From positions 248,001 to 312,000 of the forward strand of contig LVLI01000202.1 of NCBI GenBank assembly GCA_001687465.1: 64,000 nucleotides of DNA. The letters run 5' to 3'. The notes under the pieces are model-generated. The model was not told the DNA's origin. It ran no database searches and saw only the letters and a list, made by a program, of their open reading frames with translations. The translations under genes and the position numbers were made by a program. Each line of letters opens with the position of its first letter. The stretch's first letter is position 1. Below, one piece after another: positions 38,142 to 52,397 of the stretch. The stretch comes from Halocafeteria seosinensis. Taxonomy: Eukaryota.

Positions 38142-41100
38142 ATGTCGTATATTGGGCGTCGTAAACAGACGGGGCCTGAACGAGAGCTCCTCTCCGAGTT
38201 GATACAGCGTGATATAGGGCTTCCCAGGGGCACTCCAGAGTACAAGAAGGCACTAAAGCGAATGTGCTCTCAAGTGCTCGATTTCCATACGTTCATGGAT
38301 GTACGGGAAGATACAGTACAAGAGAGAGTGAGTGGGTAAGTGATTTCATTTGAATTTGGGCTCCCAATTGTTGTATTTGGAGTTTTAATGGCCACGGGAC
38401 ATGACGACGACTAATTTTTCACTGCTTGACGCTAGTTGATGTATGCATCCCCTTTGCTGTGCAGGATATGCTCAAAGTTGGAATTTCACAACCAAGGATA
38501 CAAGGCACAACGCATTCGTGCACTCGTTGATCGACTATGCCAGGGAAGTACAACTGTAAGATATGATTGGATACGCAAAAAGTTTTAACATCCGGATCTT
38601 ATTTTGTCCATTGTTGTTGTGTTTACTCTCACCCCAGATAAATTCTCCATCATGGGCCTATGTTATGGCTCTTTGCTGTTTAGCAAGAAATACAATAGGT
38701 TCCGAATTTCGCGGGGAAGAAATGAATGGTGGTGGTAGCGATGAAGAAATACGACAAGAGGAAAAGAAGAGGCAGAAACAAAAACACATAGAAGAAGCCG
38801 CTGCTGTCCAGGAAGCTCGAAGAGAAGCAGAAGATGACGAAGCATTGGAAGCGTGGAAGTTGGAGCGCGAGGAACAGCAATCCAGTGAGGACTCTGAAAC
38901 ATGTTCCGAGGATTCTCTTCTAACAGAAAACGAAGTGGAAGAAGAATCCGGCGCAGTAGAGCGCAAGAATTCCATCACACGTTCAGAAGATGATGATCAA
39001 ATTTACGGCTATACAGACAATGATTCGCGGCTCCCGTTAATCGAACGAAGCGGAGCCTCCTCCCTGAATATTTTTGACGTCTTGGTGGGAGTGACAGGTA
39101 TGCAAACAGTACCTTTAATTCTGCGCAATTTTGAGAGGAGTTCGTTCGGGCATTACCAAGTAAATCTACCGACATTCTCTTTCCACAGCAGCAGCGTGTT
39201 TTCCCACAAACAGAACCAATTTGCCGGATTGCCCCTGCGTTTAGACGTTTATCCAGAAAGTTACGTGGTAGATTGTACTTTGTCGATGCTCTTGGGAATG
39301 CTGCCGAGTCGGTTATTCCGGTTTCAGGATACAGGAAATCCAGAACTGTTTTGTTTAGCCAATGATGTTCAGGATGAACAAGTAGCCATACCGTCGTTCT
39401 CTCCTTCAATCTTGAAATGTGTTCTGCAGCGAGCTGTTCAAGCGGGGAATCAAATGCTTAGGCTATCGCGTCTCAAGCGCCTCCTTCAATTCGGCTTCCG
39501 GAAATTGCGTGTATTCCCCTACGGTCAATGTTTCTTGGAGGTTTGTGAAACTATAGAACGGATTATCCGCGAGAAGCGCCTAGAATTGGCTAAGATTCAC
39601 ACTGCCAATGGCAAAGCCTCAGAACAAGCGGGGATACCCGCTAGAGATGCACCTCCACGAGACATGATAAATGATCGAAGCATGGAGATAGCGGAACTCT
39701 TCCAAGGTTCCCCACCCGCGATCTCCCTTATCGACGTCCACGATTGGGTGGAGAGCGCGTCCAACACCCTTGACATTCTTGAGTCTTTCCTTATTGGCGC
39801 TGATGCCGAGCTTTGGCAAGCAACAGCGAGGGAACCCAACAGTTGTGCTATCCCTGCTATGACGAAGAAAGGATGTCGGCGTCGCACTGCAACAATGATA
39901 GACACACTGTCGGATCTCAGTAGGGCTTATTGCTTCAGGAACACCTCACTCAACGTAGGCGTAGGAACGACTCCAAGCTGTTTAGGGACGCGGAGTACGC
40001 ACGATGAGAAGTTACGGCATCTTGAAGAGTTCTACAATCAATTGAAACATCATCGCACGAGTGTAGCTGCAGATGACGGGGATGACGGCACTCTTGTCTC
40101 GGCTATAATGGTAACCTCTCTACTGTTAACGGCGCTTCGTCCTTACTTGAGGGTAATTGACAACTGGATTTACGAGGGAAGAGAGATTGACTCCTTTTGC
40201 GAAACTGTAATCTCGCTAATGACTTCACAGAGCTCGTACAATATTCTATATAATCCTGAAGAGTCCGAACGGTTGATGTCGGAGTGTCCGAAAGTCCTAA
40301 AGTCCTCACTACATCACATCATGACCGCCGGCCATACTGTCCGCATGTTGCGGCAGCTGAGCACTGGGAGCGATCTCGTCTATAAGCGGAATCCTGCTTT
40401 CTCGTCCTCCCAGTTTGAGAGTACTAAAGAAGAAACTAAGGCTAGCGTACGTGATATTACTTTTGAACTGCGTGGGAAGTCGGCGTTGTGGCATGCAGTG
40501 AATAGTCGAATCAATCGATTTTTTTCGTTGGATAATAGCGATCAGACTCAGCATATCGTCGATGGGCTTGCTAGGGACTCTGATTCCAACGATCCTTATT
40601 TGGAAGATTTGATGGACTTTGCTGAAGAGCTCCCAAGGCGAAAGTACCATCTTGACCATTCGATAGAAGCTACGGGTTCTCCGTCCGAAGAACAACAGCT
40701 AGCTAATGCCATTATTCGGCAAGGAGAGCCTATTGATATATGTTTCAAACATTCCCTTGTCCCTCTGTTGGCTGAACACACACGTTTTGCAAATGCCAAC
40801 CTAGCGATATTACTACTCGGAGATCTGGACTTGCTTCGTTATCTGCGAGTATTAAAAGCAGTTGCCTTCATGACGGAATCGCACATAACTGGCGAGTTGT
40901 GTGCAAACTTGTTCAAAGCTATAGCCGATGGGAAGGCGGCGGATTATCATGATTCAAATAACCTCACTTCTTGGTTACACTCGGCCGTCATATATCACCA
41001 GTATGCTTATCCGCTACAGTCCGTTACGGAGCCTGAGCAAAACATGGAGTCTCGAAATTTCGCGCATATCCCAGTTTCTCTCCGGCATGAATTTCAGTAT

Positions 41101-42225
41101 CACTACCAGCATTGTTGTCAGCAGTTTAGTGCCCACGATGTGGACACGGAGGCCATTCAAGTGCAGCTATCTTCCTATGACAAGTAAGTCCTGCGTTAGT
41201 AACTGATTCTAGCGTCTGTCTGAGAAATGAGGTTGATCGTTGACAGATCTACGGACGCGATTCTGAGCAGCGGAATTCGATTGGCCTACGACCTTCCAAA
41301 ACCACTAACGTTGGTCCTAGACGAAGAGTCTCTGAACGCGTACAATCGGGTATGTTGGCAGACAAGTTTGTCAGTGATTGCTAGGACTTCGTTGTGTGCG
41401 TATTTTGATAATGTTTAAATGTGGTGTTCAGGTCTTTGCCTTATTATTGAGAGTGAACTACGCACGGTGGAGTTTGTGTAATTTTCAGCATCATCAGTTC
41501 AGACAAGACGCCAGGCGCCTGGACAAATTGCAGCGGATGTCGTCCAAGTCTTCTAGAATTTTTGTTAAGTGCCAAGAAGCGTTACAGTCTGCAACAAGAC
41601 AGTGCTACATGATTAATCAGTACCGCCGAGTTGTTCAACAGTTTTCAACTGGTTTCCTTGACCATATTATGATGAAGATTAACGCAGGTGAATGGGAGCA
41701 GATGGTGAAGCACGTGGTTCGTTCGGGTGACGTTGCGGAAATGCGCACCATACACTCCAAGTATTTGCAGGGGATTTTGCACTCTTGTCTTTTGACATCG
41801 TACGTGTAGCTATATTGGATATGCCATCGTTTCTGGAATGCATAGATTGCTTTTGTTGCTACAGGAGGTATGATGTTCCCCGGAAAGACCTCGAGGCGCT
41901 GTTGGCGCGGGCGAGCTCGTTCTGTACCCGGTTGCGCTACTGGAGAGAACAGGTTGCGCTGGTTGACCACTATGCCATGTCATCGGAGCACTTTGAACGA
42001 TATCGCCATTACCTCGACGATGCTCTCCTTAAGATGAACCGAGAATTCCATACCGTTATTAGCCATGGTAAGCGGTTTCAGAACGCCTTGCGAATGAACC
42101 TTCTTTCTCTTAAAGCTGCCTTGAGCTCGGGTTGGGGCCAAAGCTTAGCCGACTTGGAAATTCTACTCGACTACAATGGATATGTTTCCAATAGTACGGT
42201 GGACATTTATTCGGCGGCAAGGTGA
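38142..42225 (+). CDS. TUBGCP5: Gamma-tubulin complex component 5-like
   Basis: N-terminal FHTFMDV...GICSKLEFH, RPYLRVIDNWIYEG, DLLRYLRVLK, LAYDLPKPLTLVL...YNRVFALLLRVNYARWSL and HSKYL...CLL. Confidence 0.82.
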
Positions 42226-43280
42226 AGTTGTATTCATTCTGGACCGCCGCGGAGTCTCTTCTTCCCTAGACTCGGTCATCTCCGGGCATGCGGTTGGCCG
42301 CGCGGTTGGCCATTCGTCTAAAGTTCACCTCTATTTAGCCCGCACAAAAATCTTTGCAACTTCTCGACAGAGGGAATCTCCTATCGTTAACGGAGATGCT
42401 GGTTTTATATTGATATACACACTAGGTGATTCGCCTTTGAAATCGTCTCGCTCGTTTGCTTACATCCTACTGAAGGGGCGGGCTTTGGCACCAGCATTAA
42501 GTGACAGCGAACTGCTATTACCGCCAGATTATTCACGAACACACATAAAATGGATGGATACTATGACGCACCATTGTGTCCCCCAAATCGGTGGCGGATG
42601 GCTGGTCGGAGGCGGAAGCACATCTACAAAGCTCGTCTAGTTATCCAAAACCACTCGGACTATATGAGCCTATCGATGGATCTTGTTTTCCCTTTTTCTC
42701 TACCGGTTTTGGGAGCAATCTACTACTTTAAATTAATCAGATCCGGATCGCGTACTCCAACAGTAACTTTTACGTTACCGTGGTACAAAGTAGTGATTAA
42801 ATGGTCGTCTGCGCCACAAATGTAGCACGTCCGTGTAGTAGTTATCACTTCCTGCACATGCCGTAGTCTTACACGCATGTTTCGCCGGCGATCTTACCAA
42901 AGAAAGTGCTCTTGTTGACGGCGTAGAAATTTTTTAGAGACATTCCCCGCATGGGGGAGAAAAACCCGTTCCGATGTAATTATTCCGAATTGCCATCTTG
43001 TGAAGTTGAAGGGCCGAGCCGTGCGACTGACGCAAGATGCCTGTCCCGACAGTACAGTGTACTTCTTTTGGGTAGTACATGTTCAGACATGACGTCATTG
43101 AAGTGTTAAGGAGTCGTCGTCGTCAGCTGTCTAGTGTTGACGTCAGTCTGTCGTGGGAAAGGCCTTCAACCTTGATCTTGGTATTCACAATGTACATATT
43201 ACGCGTATACATGAGACATAGATAGATAGAGAAGCAGAAACAAAGTACGAAGCAAAGGCACAAGGTTTTGGGTGCGTAGT

Positions 43281-43760
43281 ATGAGCTCTTCGAACGAGAA
43301 TGACCAAACGCAAGCGAGCACAAACAAGCCTTTCCGTCTGGCAACATGGTACGCATCGCTCAAATACGGACTCCAAGGGGATAAGGAGACCTTTGCTCAG
43401 GCCGCCAAGACCACTCCTCGACAGCCTTGTTTCAGATCGTCCCTCATGTGGGGAATTTCGCTAGGGTGCCTTATTGGACTCCATAGGTGGAAGGAAACAG
43501 GACGGGCAATCACTGTGCTGGACTGGGGCTTTGGGGGATGGTTTGTCATTTCCTGCACCACATGGGTATTATGCAGGAAACAGCAAGTAGAATCACACAA
43601 ACAAACGCGGCAAATGTACGGGAAACCCGATAAAGCGCCACCGTCTGTCGATGAACTATGGGAACGGCAAAAGAAGGAATTCTACAACAGGCATGGATTT
43701 GATAAGAAGGCGACTGAAACGAAGCCGCAACAACCGGAAGCACTGGAGCAACGCGAATAG
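43281..43760 (+). CDS. COX20: Cytochrome c oxidase assembly factor COX20
   Basis: PCFRSSLMWGI, two TM helices and W..CR, matching the COX20 pattern. Intronless. Confidence 0.8.
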   Translation: MSSSNENDQTQASTNKPFRLATWYASLKYGLQGDKETFAQAAKTTPRQPCFRSSLMWGISLGCLIGLHRWKETGRAITVLDWGFGGWFVISCTTWVLCRKQQVESHKQTRQMYGKPDKAPPSVDELWERQKKEFYNRHGFDKKATETKPQQPEALEQRE

Positions 43761-43986
43761 CGATGAATTGCTCCAAATGGTATCCACGATGGCAAGAAGT
43801 CACAAAGCGAACGACGTCATTCGGGAATCCGTACCCCACGGCAGACTAGTCGGAGCAACTCTTGATGGTGGACATTTCCCTCTATTACACTCAACCGAGC
43901 CGCTACAGAACACGTGGATGGATACTAAGGAGAGAGCTGGTAGAGGATAATATGTTCCTGGTGACACGAGCGAATTATATCGGCGT

Positions 43987-46900
43987 TTATTCTTCTTGAG
44001 AGGACTTCTTCCTCGACTTCGCTCGCTCTTTCAAGTCTTGCATTTTATATTTCCGTTTGCGTTCCAAGCGCTTCTGAGGCTCGAACTTCTCCTGCTCCTT
44101 CTGAAGCTTTTGCATATGCTTTTCATGCTTCAGTTTAGCCGCCTCCTTTTCTTTCTGGGACTTGACATTCTTTAGAGTTTGTATCTGCTGCATGAACGCA
44201 GCTGCTTTTCGTTCTTCTGGCTCACGCACGACGGCCCTGTAAAGGATAGGTGAAGAGGAATTGTCTGAGCATGTTAACAGCATCACTGGACGAACAGAAT
44301 CTTCCAAACATACCTCTTCTGGGCATACGTTTGTTTCTGTTGCTTCTTCTCTTGTTTAGGCTTACTCTTGAATGGAAGGCTCGCTTGAAGGTTCTTTGGA
44401 ATTTTCAGAGTATTAAATCGTCGGACGGGCCGCTCTATAGGACGATATTGGCTATCGGGATTTTGCTCAACGGGCTGAGCATATACTTTGCGCAAAACTC
44501 TTTGGGGCTTCATGAGAGCAAGCCCGTCTTGTTGGTAGCCGGCACTAGCACCAGCTGTTTTGTTACGCTGTTCGATAGACTCAGGGTCTAGAATTTCTGC
44601 TCTGCCGTTTTCCTCCACCGTACCATGCTGCTGTTCTTTACCGTTTTTCTTCCCTGTACCTTCGTTTGTCTGTTGTTGTTTTGCTGCGGCTGCCTCCGCT
44701 TGGAGTTCAGCCTTCCGTCGTTGCGCTCGGTCGGGGGGAGCGTAGAGCGTCGTGACAGGGTTGGAAAACTTCTTCGGAGTAACGGGAACCCAAGTCCGAC
44801 AAAATACGATATCTGTATTCATTAAGCAAGGCAAGCATGAGCTGACTCCAAAGAGCAAATGCAAAATGGTTTGCTTCCGTACCTGAAGTCAAAATTTTGT
44901 CTTCAAAAGTTCCTCGAAATGTACCTGGGGGCCCCTCTTTTGCGGCTTTCTTTATTTGTCCTCGGATACCCGAAACCGTCCTCACAGAACCTCCTTCGAA
45001 CTTGGCAACTTCCAATGGACTGTTAAACATTCCTTTAATCAATGCAGTGTTCCGAAATATTTTGAATGGATACCCCACCAACTTAAGCTTCTTCATGATC
45101 TTGAAAGACTGATCTAGTTCCAACAAAATACCTGTGGCAGCTATCCTGAATTGCGAAGCTTTGTTGCTCAGATTCTGAAACGCCATCAGTGGAGTGTTTG
45201 GTGGAGCAACTGGCCCGTATATCGCTGCTTGGCAATGCAAGTGCTCCGGTGTATACTTCAAATACCGCTGCCTCTCATTCTGGTCTTGGGTAAAGTAGAC
45301 AGGTAAGCTTTGAAAGCGCCTCCAGCCAATGCTAAATACAACCGGGTCGTTTGTTTTCAAAATCTTCGGATGCCATCTATGCCGCTTAAGGCGAAGCCGC
45401 ATAAAAGCTTGTTGATCTTCCTGTGGTAGCAGAGCCCCCAGCAGAATTGGGGTCGAGGGCCGGAAATGATGGACAAATTCACAGGGAACTTCATGGATCT
45501 CAATTCGGATGTAGGCCCCTGGTGAGAATCCCTGGAACTTCGAGCGAGTGTGATCACCGAGGTTCTCTGTTTCCGCCTTGTTCAGATCCTGTTGCTTCGT
45601 CCACTGGCTTTCCAACTTCCTACCTTCATCTTCTTCTTCACCCTCATCTTCTTCTTCTCCCTTGTCTTCATTCTCCTCGGATTCGCTTCCACTGTCCAAG
45701 CTCTTGCCACTTTGCTTCTTTGAATCGTACGCGGCATCAAATTTCTGCTTCAGCTGGGCTTTCTCCGCTCGAGCTCGTGATGCCTCATCGTCGTGGCTGC
45801 CGTTAGCCGGAGTTTGCTGCATCTCTAGGTCTTCAAAATCACCCATGGCATCATCCGAATCATCTCCATTAGTTTGATTTAGTAGTTCTTTATTCCAAGA
45901 ACCCGTGACAAAACGGTTTCTTATAGATTCACGAATGTCCTCGTCTTCCCAGTCCCGGAGGTTTGCACGAGGTCGGCAGACGCAAGTGTCTAGCGAGTTT
46001 ATCGTGCTGTAATCAACATCGAACGCTGGAGAATCACCAGGGGACTTGTAACGTGTAGACACTGCCACAGCTTTTGCTATTTCGGTTTTGTCGATGACAC
46101 CGATTCCCTTGTACACAGCGAAGTCACGCAAGATGGTCATTACACTGGAAGAGTCAGTTATTTGCGACGACGATTGGGACGGGGGTTTCTCCTTTTGTTT
46201 CCGCTGTACGACTGAGGGGTCTTGCCGCTTTATCCGGAACAGCTCATCTTCATCGCTGTCTTCTTCTAGCTGAGATAGATCATCCCCATTCAGAACTTTG
46301 GTAGTTTGCTCCGTTAGAGCCGAAGTATCGTACGCTAAATCAGCGAGGTTTATGTTTTCTTTCTGACGCTGACGGAAGTCCTTGACGGCTTGTCGCCACA
46401 AGGAGCTTTTTCCTGTTTCTCTACCACTGCTTTCTCCGCTTTCACCCTCACTCTCCTCTTCGCTAGATTCGGAACTGTTTGTGCCTTTATTGTCTGTATT
46501 GCCATAGCCTTCACCGTCATTAAAATTGACATGATCGTCCTCATCATCTTCGCTTCCCTCGTCAGATGCCTCTTCCGAGTCTTCGGATAGTTGCGGCCCG
46601 TTTTCTTCGTCATTATAACCTGAGTTGCTTTGAAGCTTGGCATCCTCCTCATCTGAGTCATCAGTTCCAGCAGCATCCACTTCGTCTCCGTTATTGCGAT
46701 CACCGCCAGGAAACACCGCACGCCTCCTGGTGCGTCCATTCTCATCTTCTTTCAAGACCTCGTTCGGACCACTCGAGCTTTCATTTCCCTTATGTTTTAT
46801 GTAGGAAGCTGCCTCCTCTTCCGAAATTGGCTTCGTATTCTTGAATAACGAAAGCGGGGCCTGCTGCATATTGTCGTCGATGCCCTTATGCAGACCTTGA

Positions 46901-48459
46901 AGTGATTTCACCATTTCTATACCTTCACCTTGTTGCTGTGATTCATTGGAGCTGTATTGTAATTGGTCCTCGTCATCCTTCCTAACAAGCGAATTCGCAT
47001 CACTCAATTGCGAGTCGGCGATATTGATATATACTGCATCATTATCATACATGACACGCCCTACATTTGCCTGTGGTGCGAACAACAACGTCTCTTTGGC
47101 GTTTAGGCTGCGTCTGATCTGGCCTTTCTGTGGGTCTTTTTCTGGAAGCGGAACCGGATCGTCGAGAGCAGATACATCTTCGACATCGAAGTCTCCGGCA
47201 CCAGCTAAATGGACGCGCTGGCCAAATTTTAGGTGAGTACCGCGAACAAAGCCGTAGAAGGCAATCTTCCGATTCGTTGTGGGGTCTTCTTGGACTTCTC
47301 CTGGGTTTGTCATATCCTGTGACAACACAAACGAGTCATAGGGTATCGAAACGTTATGCATTTGACCGAACTACACAAATCTTACCTCAAACCGGTCTAC
47401 TAGCACATGGGGATGCGTGCTTCTCCATGACAATGGTCTGACCTTCATGCGGGACAGGAACAAGGACAAATTATGCACCTCGTTCTTCGGATATTGTCCG
47501 TGGATTAAGCCAGAGAAATAAAAAAGCTTTGCACCCTGTGTCACCTCAGCATTGAATCGATTCTTCAAATCCTTTTTAGTTCTTCGCATTGTTGTAACGT
47601 TCTTAAATTTGTCTACATGAGTTAGCACTCCCATGACTTTCGGAAACCCATGCACTTGCAAAATATTCAGGAACTCGAATGTTTCCATTTCAAAGCCGAA
47701 GCTCGCGTCTATCATAAGCAATGCCAAATCTGTTACTTTTGCTATGTCCTGCAAGGTCCCAGTAAGTAAACAAACAAAACGAAAACAAGCCCACCATGCT
47801 GCCAAAAATATGTACGTACGATCATGGCGTTAAGATCGTTCGGACATTCGAAGAAAGTGATTCTGCGCTTCTTTCCACAAACCACAGTTATTGGCCCCTT
47901 GACATCGTTCAGTGGATACCTTGTAAATTTCTTTACTAAAGCCTGCACCACAAACCACCATGTATTAAATAAAAATAAATAGTGTCAGCATATTCCAAAT
48001 AGACGACGGAGCAGAGAGAAGCAACACGTGACATAAACAAGAGTTCAGTTCCAATACACTAACCTTTATCAGTGTGCTCTTGCCGACTTTTGGAGGTCCC
48101 ATTACTGTCACCACCATCGGAGGTGCAGTATCAGGGTCGGTTCTGTTGACTATGGGTACATGCTCCTTGCGGTGGCTGATGTCCAAATTCCGCTGTATCT
48201 GACGATGCGCTCGTCCGAATTTGGCCACTCCAAAAGCCTGTAGTTAAAGGAATGAAACGGTTTCGATACATATACTCCATTCGAAAAGCAATAAAATGAA
48301 GTATAATGAAGCTCCTCATACTTTGGGGTTTTTACGTGATTCCTTGGTCGATACGTCCTTATTTTGCTTCTTTTTCTTGTGCGCATCGCGTTTCGATGCT
48401 TTCGCACCGCTCTTCGGGGTGCGGTGGGGCTTATTAGACTGGTCCTTGGTAGCTTCCAT
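43987..48459 (-). CDS. BMS1: Ribosome biogenesis GTPase BMS1
   Basis: NPKAF, GPPKVGKSTLIK, GFEMETFEFLN, HGFPKVMGVLTH, KRHRWHPKILKT, RTVSGIRGQIKK and FEDKIL. Confidence 0.97.
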
Positions 48460-48994
48460 CGTCCTTATGCAAGCTATAAAGGGTTTTAGTCCTTCCAGAG
48501 GCTGTCTTGTTGAACTTGGGAAGTCGGTGTCACTGCCGTGCACTCGATTTCAAGACCTTCCACAGTTCAATTCCCGTCACAATGTATCCAATGCTCGTTA
48601 TCCAACGTGCTACCACCCCAACGCCAGCATCACATTCATGTTCCTCTTGCAATAGACTGCCTATTGGAGGAGCCCTCCAAAGTTGAAGTTCGGAGGGCAA
48701 CGAAATGTTTGACGCCTTATATGGAAGTTGCTACAAATCACATATACATAGTGTATAAGCTTTGTGCTTACGAGATGGCAGCAGTACCGTGCAGAGTTTA
48801 TAACTTTGATAATTCTCGTGGGAGACACGGAGTGCTGGGGTAGACTCGCAAAACATGGTGCAACACATACACATGTGTCCCGTATGTACGAATTACGGTC
48901 ATGACGTGACTGAATCAGAGGGAAAAAGCCGTCATTGGACGAAGCGGTGGCAATTCAATCGCTTGGGAGAGTCACTATTTTGACGGCCACAGCC

Positions 48995-50208
48995 ATGAGG
49001 GTACGGAGACGCATGGAGTATACTTCGTGCATTGTGGCACTTGCACTTACTGTGCTTGGCTATTCTGAAGCAACGATACATAGACGCCTCCCATTTAGTG
49101 CGATGATACCCTCCGAAGGGATAAAGCGAATGAAAGATCTGCTACACTACCGCTCGCTCGATAACGTTGAACGTGTCGCCGCGGACGAAAACTCTACCAT
49201 ACATGTCTACACCTATGCGACATCCGCCGAGAGTCCAGTCCCCGAAGCTTTCTGTCGAATGCTACGGTCAGCGTTGGTAAACAACGTGAGCATTGCAGTA
49301 CTTGGGTGGGGAATGCCGTGGAGTAGAGTAAACGGTATGACCCAAAAGGTATGAGTTCTCCGCTCTCACCCTCGTTTCGTTCTTAGCGTCGTTAATTCCT
49401 GGCTCCGCAGATACTGGCGATTTGGTATGAAGTACATATGCTTTCCTCTACGGATGATATCGTGTCATTCGCTGACGGTTACGATGTGCTATGGACGCGT
49501 TCGAGCGAATTTCTTAAAGAAACTTTTGAAAGAGTCGAAAAGAGAACCAAGAAAAGCATGATTTTCAGCGCAGAATGCGCATGCTTCCCTCCATGGCGGG
49601 GAGCTGCTGGCCATCAGTGGTGCCACGAAGACTATCCTAATGTTCCAACTGGAATGCGCAGCCTGTATAAGTTCTTGAATAGTGGTGGCTGGATTGGCAG
49701 AGTTTGGGCCGCCCGCAACGTACTCGATAGGGTCATCTTAAAACTGCTCGACGTTGAACCGGGTACCCATTATGGTGTCACGAATGACCAGATAATAATA
49801 GCAAAAATGTTCGTTGAGGGAGAAATGCCAGACTTCGTGGGTCTTGACTACGAGACAGAGATGTTCCAAAGCATGAACAGTTGGCAGCAGTGTCAACCCT
49901 TAAGAGAGGTTCTCTTCGACCGTAGCGAGAATAACTGGATACACATCCCTCGAGAACATGGCAGCGCCACAAAGCCTGCGATGCTTCACTTTCCGGGAGA
50001 GGCAAAAGAAATATTCTATCGGATTGAATCACTTTCTTGGTGGTACAATAAATCTTCTGGGACAATGAGCCCCATAAATCGGCCACAGGTACCAGTTATC
50101 GCTAACAATCACCGCTCCGTCATCAATGTTCTAGATGTATGCTCCTCAAAGTCATTCTCGCAGGCGATGACTCTTCGGATACGCTTTAATAAAGGCAATG
50201 CACCGTGA
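48995..50208 (+). CDS. PLOD-type (procollagen glycosyltransferase-like) GT domain protein with a signal anchor
   Basis: DIVSFADGYDV, IFSAECACFP, YKFLNSGGWIG, NDQ, LDYETEMFQ and MLHFPG, with an N-terminal hydrophobic segment. Intron 49349-49410. Confidence 0.82.
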
Positions 50209-50231
50209 GTCCGGGTTAACTAGACTGCCCC

Positions 50232-52312
50232 TCACTGTTTCGACAGACCTACGACGTAATCATGATCGTCACAGCACTGTTTGATCAAACTTATGCTGTC
50301 AGAACTGTAATCGGTGCAGTTATTCTTGAATATTCGGAAGGACTCTTGACGCAATTCATCCATCTTCTCTGCGGTGTTCGAAGAGGTTTCGTCGCCTTCC
50401 AGGGTAGACTTTTCAACTGCTTCAACGAAAACGCCGATACGGTCAAACACATGTCTTACATCATCAAGCTCACCAGCGTATCCAATGCCCCTGTTCTTCA
50501 GTGCAGGTATGCTGCTCTCGTCAAAGCTGCTCAAAGACGAGGCCTGGGTGCCAGTGTCAGGAGCAGCTTCAGTATCTACGGTGGCATCGTCATCATCGCT
50601 TTGTTCGGTGGCCGAGGCTTCAGAAGAGTTCACTCCAAAACTGGAAAGGATGAATTCATCGCGCTGCTTCCGGGAGTGCCGCAGAGTATCACTTATGCGC
50701 TTAAAATTGCGGTAGTAGTATGTTTTCTGTCTCTTGATAAAGTCTAATCGCGACTTAAGTTGCTCCACCTTTGACCGAGCAACACCGTATTGGGTGCGCA
50801 ATTCTTGTGTTTGTTTTGACTGCACTCCGAGACCAAGAGTAATAAAATTGTCTTTTCATATGCTAGACAACCAAAACATACCTGATACTGACACTCACTG
50901 CCCTTCTGACGGCGCTCGTTCTGCAACGGAAAGATTCAACACATTCAGTCCCTGAGGAAGTTGTGGTGTTTCCTTTTTTAAATCATCTTACATCAACCAC
51001 ACTTTGGATACGTCCTCGCTCTATCTCCGCCTCGCTAATTTGTGTTTCTAAATTTATGCATACCTTCTCATAACTTTCGTACCTGGGACAGCTCCATAGA
51101 ACTCATTCAAAGACCACTATGCTAAACATACAGAAGCTGACGTAATATCGCTTACCGTGCAATCATGTTCTCTAGTTTTGACTGAAGATCTAGTGTAACG
51201 TCGCGCAACTGGCAAAATGCCTCGCGAAGTACACCTCTCTGAGTTGGCATAGTCTTTGGCTCGTTCCTATGGCGAGGAGAGCGACTCCCAGGTTCCGGTT
51301 CATCATCTGCAGTATCGTCCTGATAGGGAAAAATACACTTCACTTGTAAAACCCAATGGAAAGGCTACCTCGAAGTTTCATCTAACGTACACTATCAACA
51401 CTATCAACTGATAGTTTCCTGTTAGTGTCAGAAGATCCTCGGGTGTCTCGGTCTGGGTCTTCAAGTGTTTCAATCACTCGACTGAGGCTCGGACCAACCC
51501 TTTCAATTTTACATAGAGCAGGGCCTATACTTAGAACGAAGTTCTTAGAAAACTGCAAGAATTCGTCGGTATTTGCATCCTGCAAGTTGGTGACAGACGA
51601 ACAAACTCTTTGCCAAGATTGTATCAAACGCAATCACAGCAAACGGTGGCCAATACTTACGATCTCTGGGTCAGCTATTAGCATGAGTTGCTGCATGTAT
51701 TCCTCCAGCATTCTCCTGATGTGGATCGGGCATCAAAAAAAAAATAAAAAATCCACCCACCGTGCCCAACATCGAAACTGGGTACGCACCTCCGTTCTTT
51801 CAGGATATCATCATCATATTTGCTACCTCCAAAGGGAAACTGCGTCCGGAAGCAATTGAACCACTCATATGAGGCGAGACAATGATGGTTCATTTGCTTA
51901 CCTTGCGTGACGGCAGCTGAGGCAATTCCGACTTCTTATACTTTTTCAAGAGGGTTTTATGTAGCCCCAAGAATTCCTTGTAGCGGCGCTGTAGAGTCCA
52001 ATTGATGCTCCCTCGAGCCACAGTTATCGTATAGACCACGTATTCCTTCAGTTTCTGATAGGAAGGGATAGCAATTCGAACATCAGCTCCATTGTTGATG
52101 GCCCGATTCAGTTCCTGGATCATTTCCTGGCTGGCGGTGAACTCTGTCTCATCCTTGTATTCCTGCTGAAACGAGTATTCACGCGGTGTCTCCTCCTCAT
52201 CGTCCTCTGAATCACTGTGGGCGCCTGCAGAGCCATTATACGACGACGGCTGGTGCTGTCGAGTTGAATAGTGTTGGCTGAAAGGGTTGTATTGTTGCGG
52301 ATATGCACTCAT
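50232..52312 (-). CDS. PX-domain protein with a C-terminal coiled coil
   Basis: YVVYTITV...WTLQRRYKEFLGLHKTL...LPQLPSRK...ERRRMLEEYMQQL is a PX consensus. Multi-exon. Confidence 0.85.
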
Positions 52313-52397
52313 TGTTAGTTTCCTCCTGTTAATGCTAATATATACACATATATATATACCAATCCATGTATGAGAAAACGAAATATAATCAACCTGG

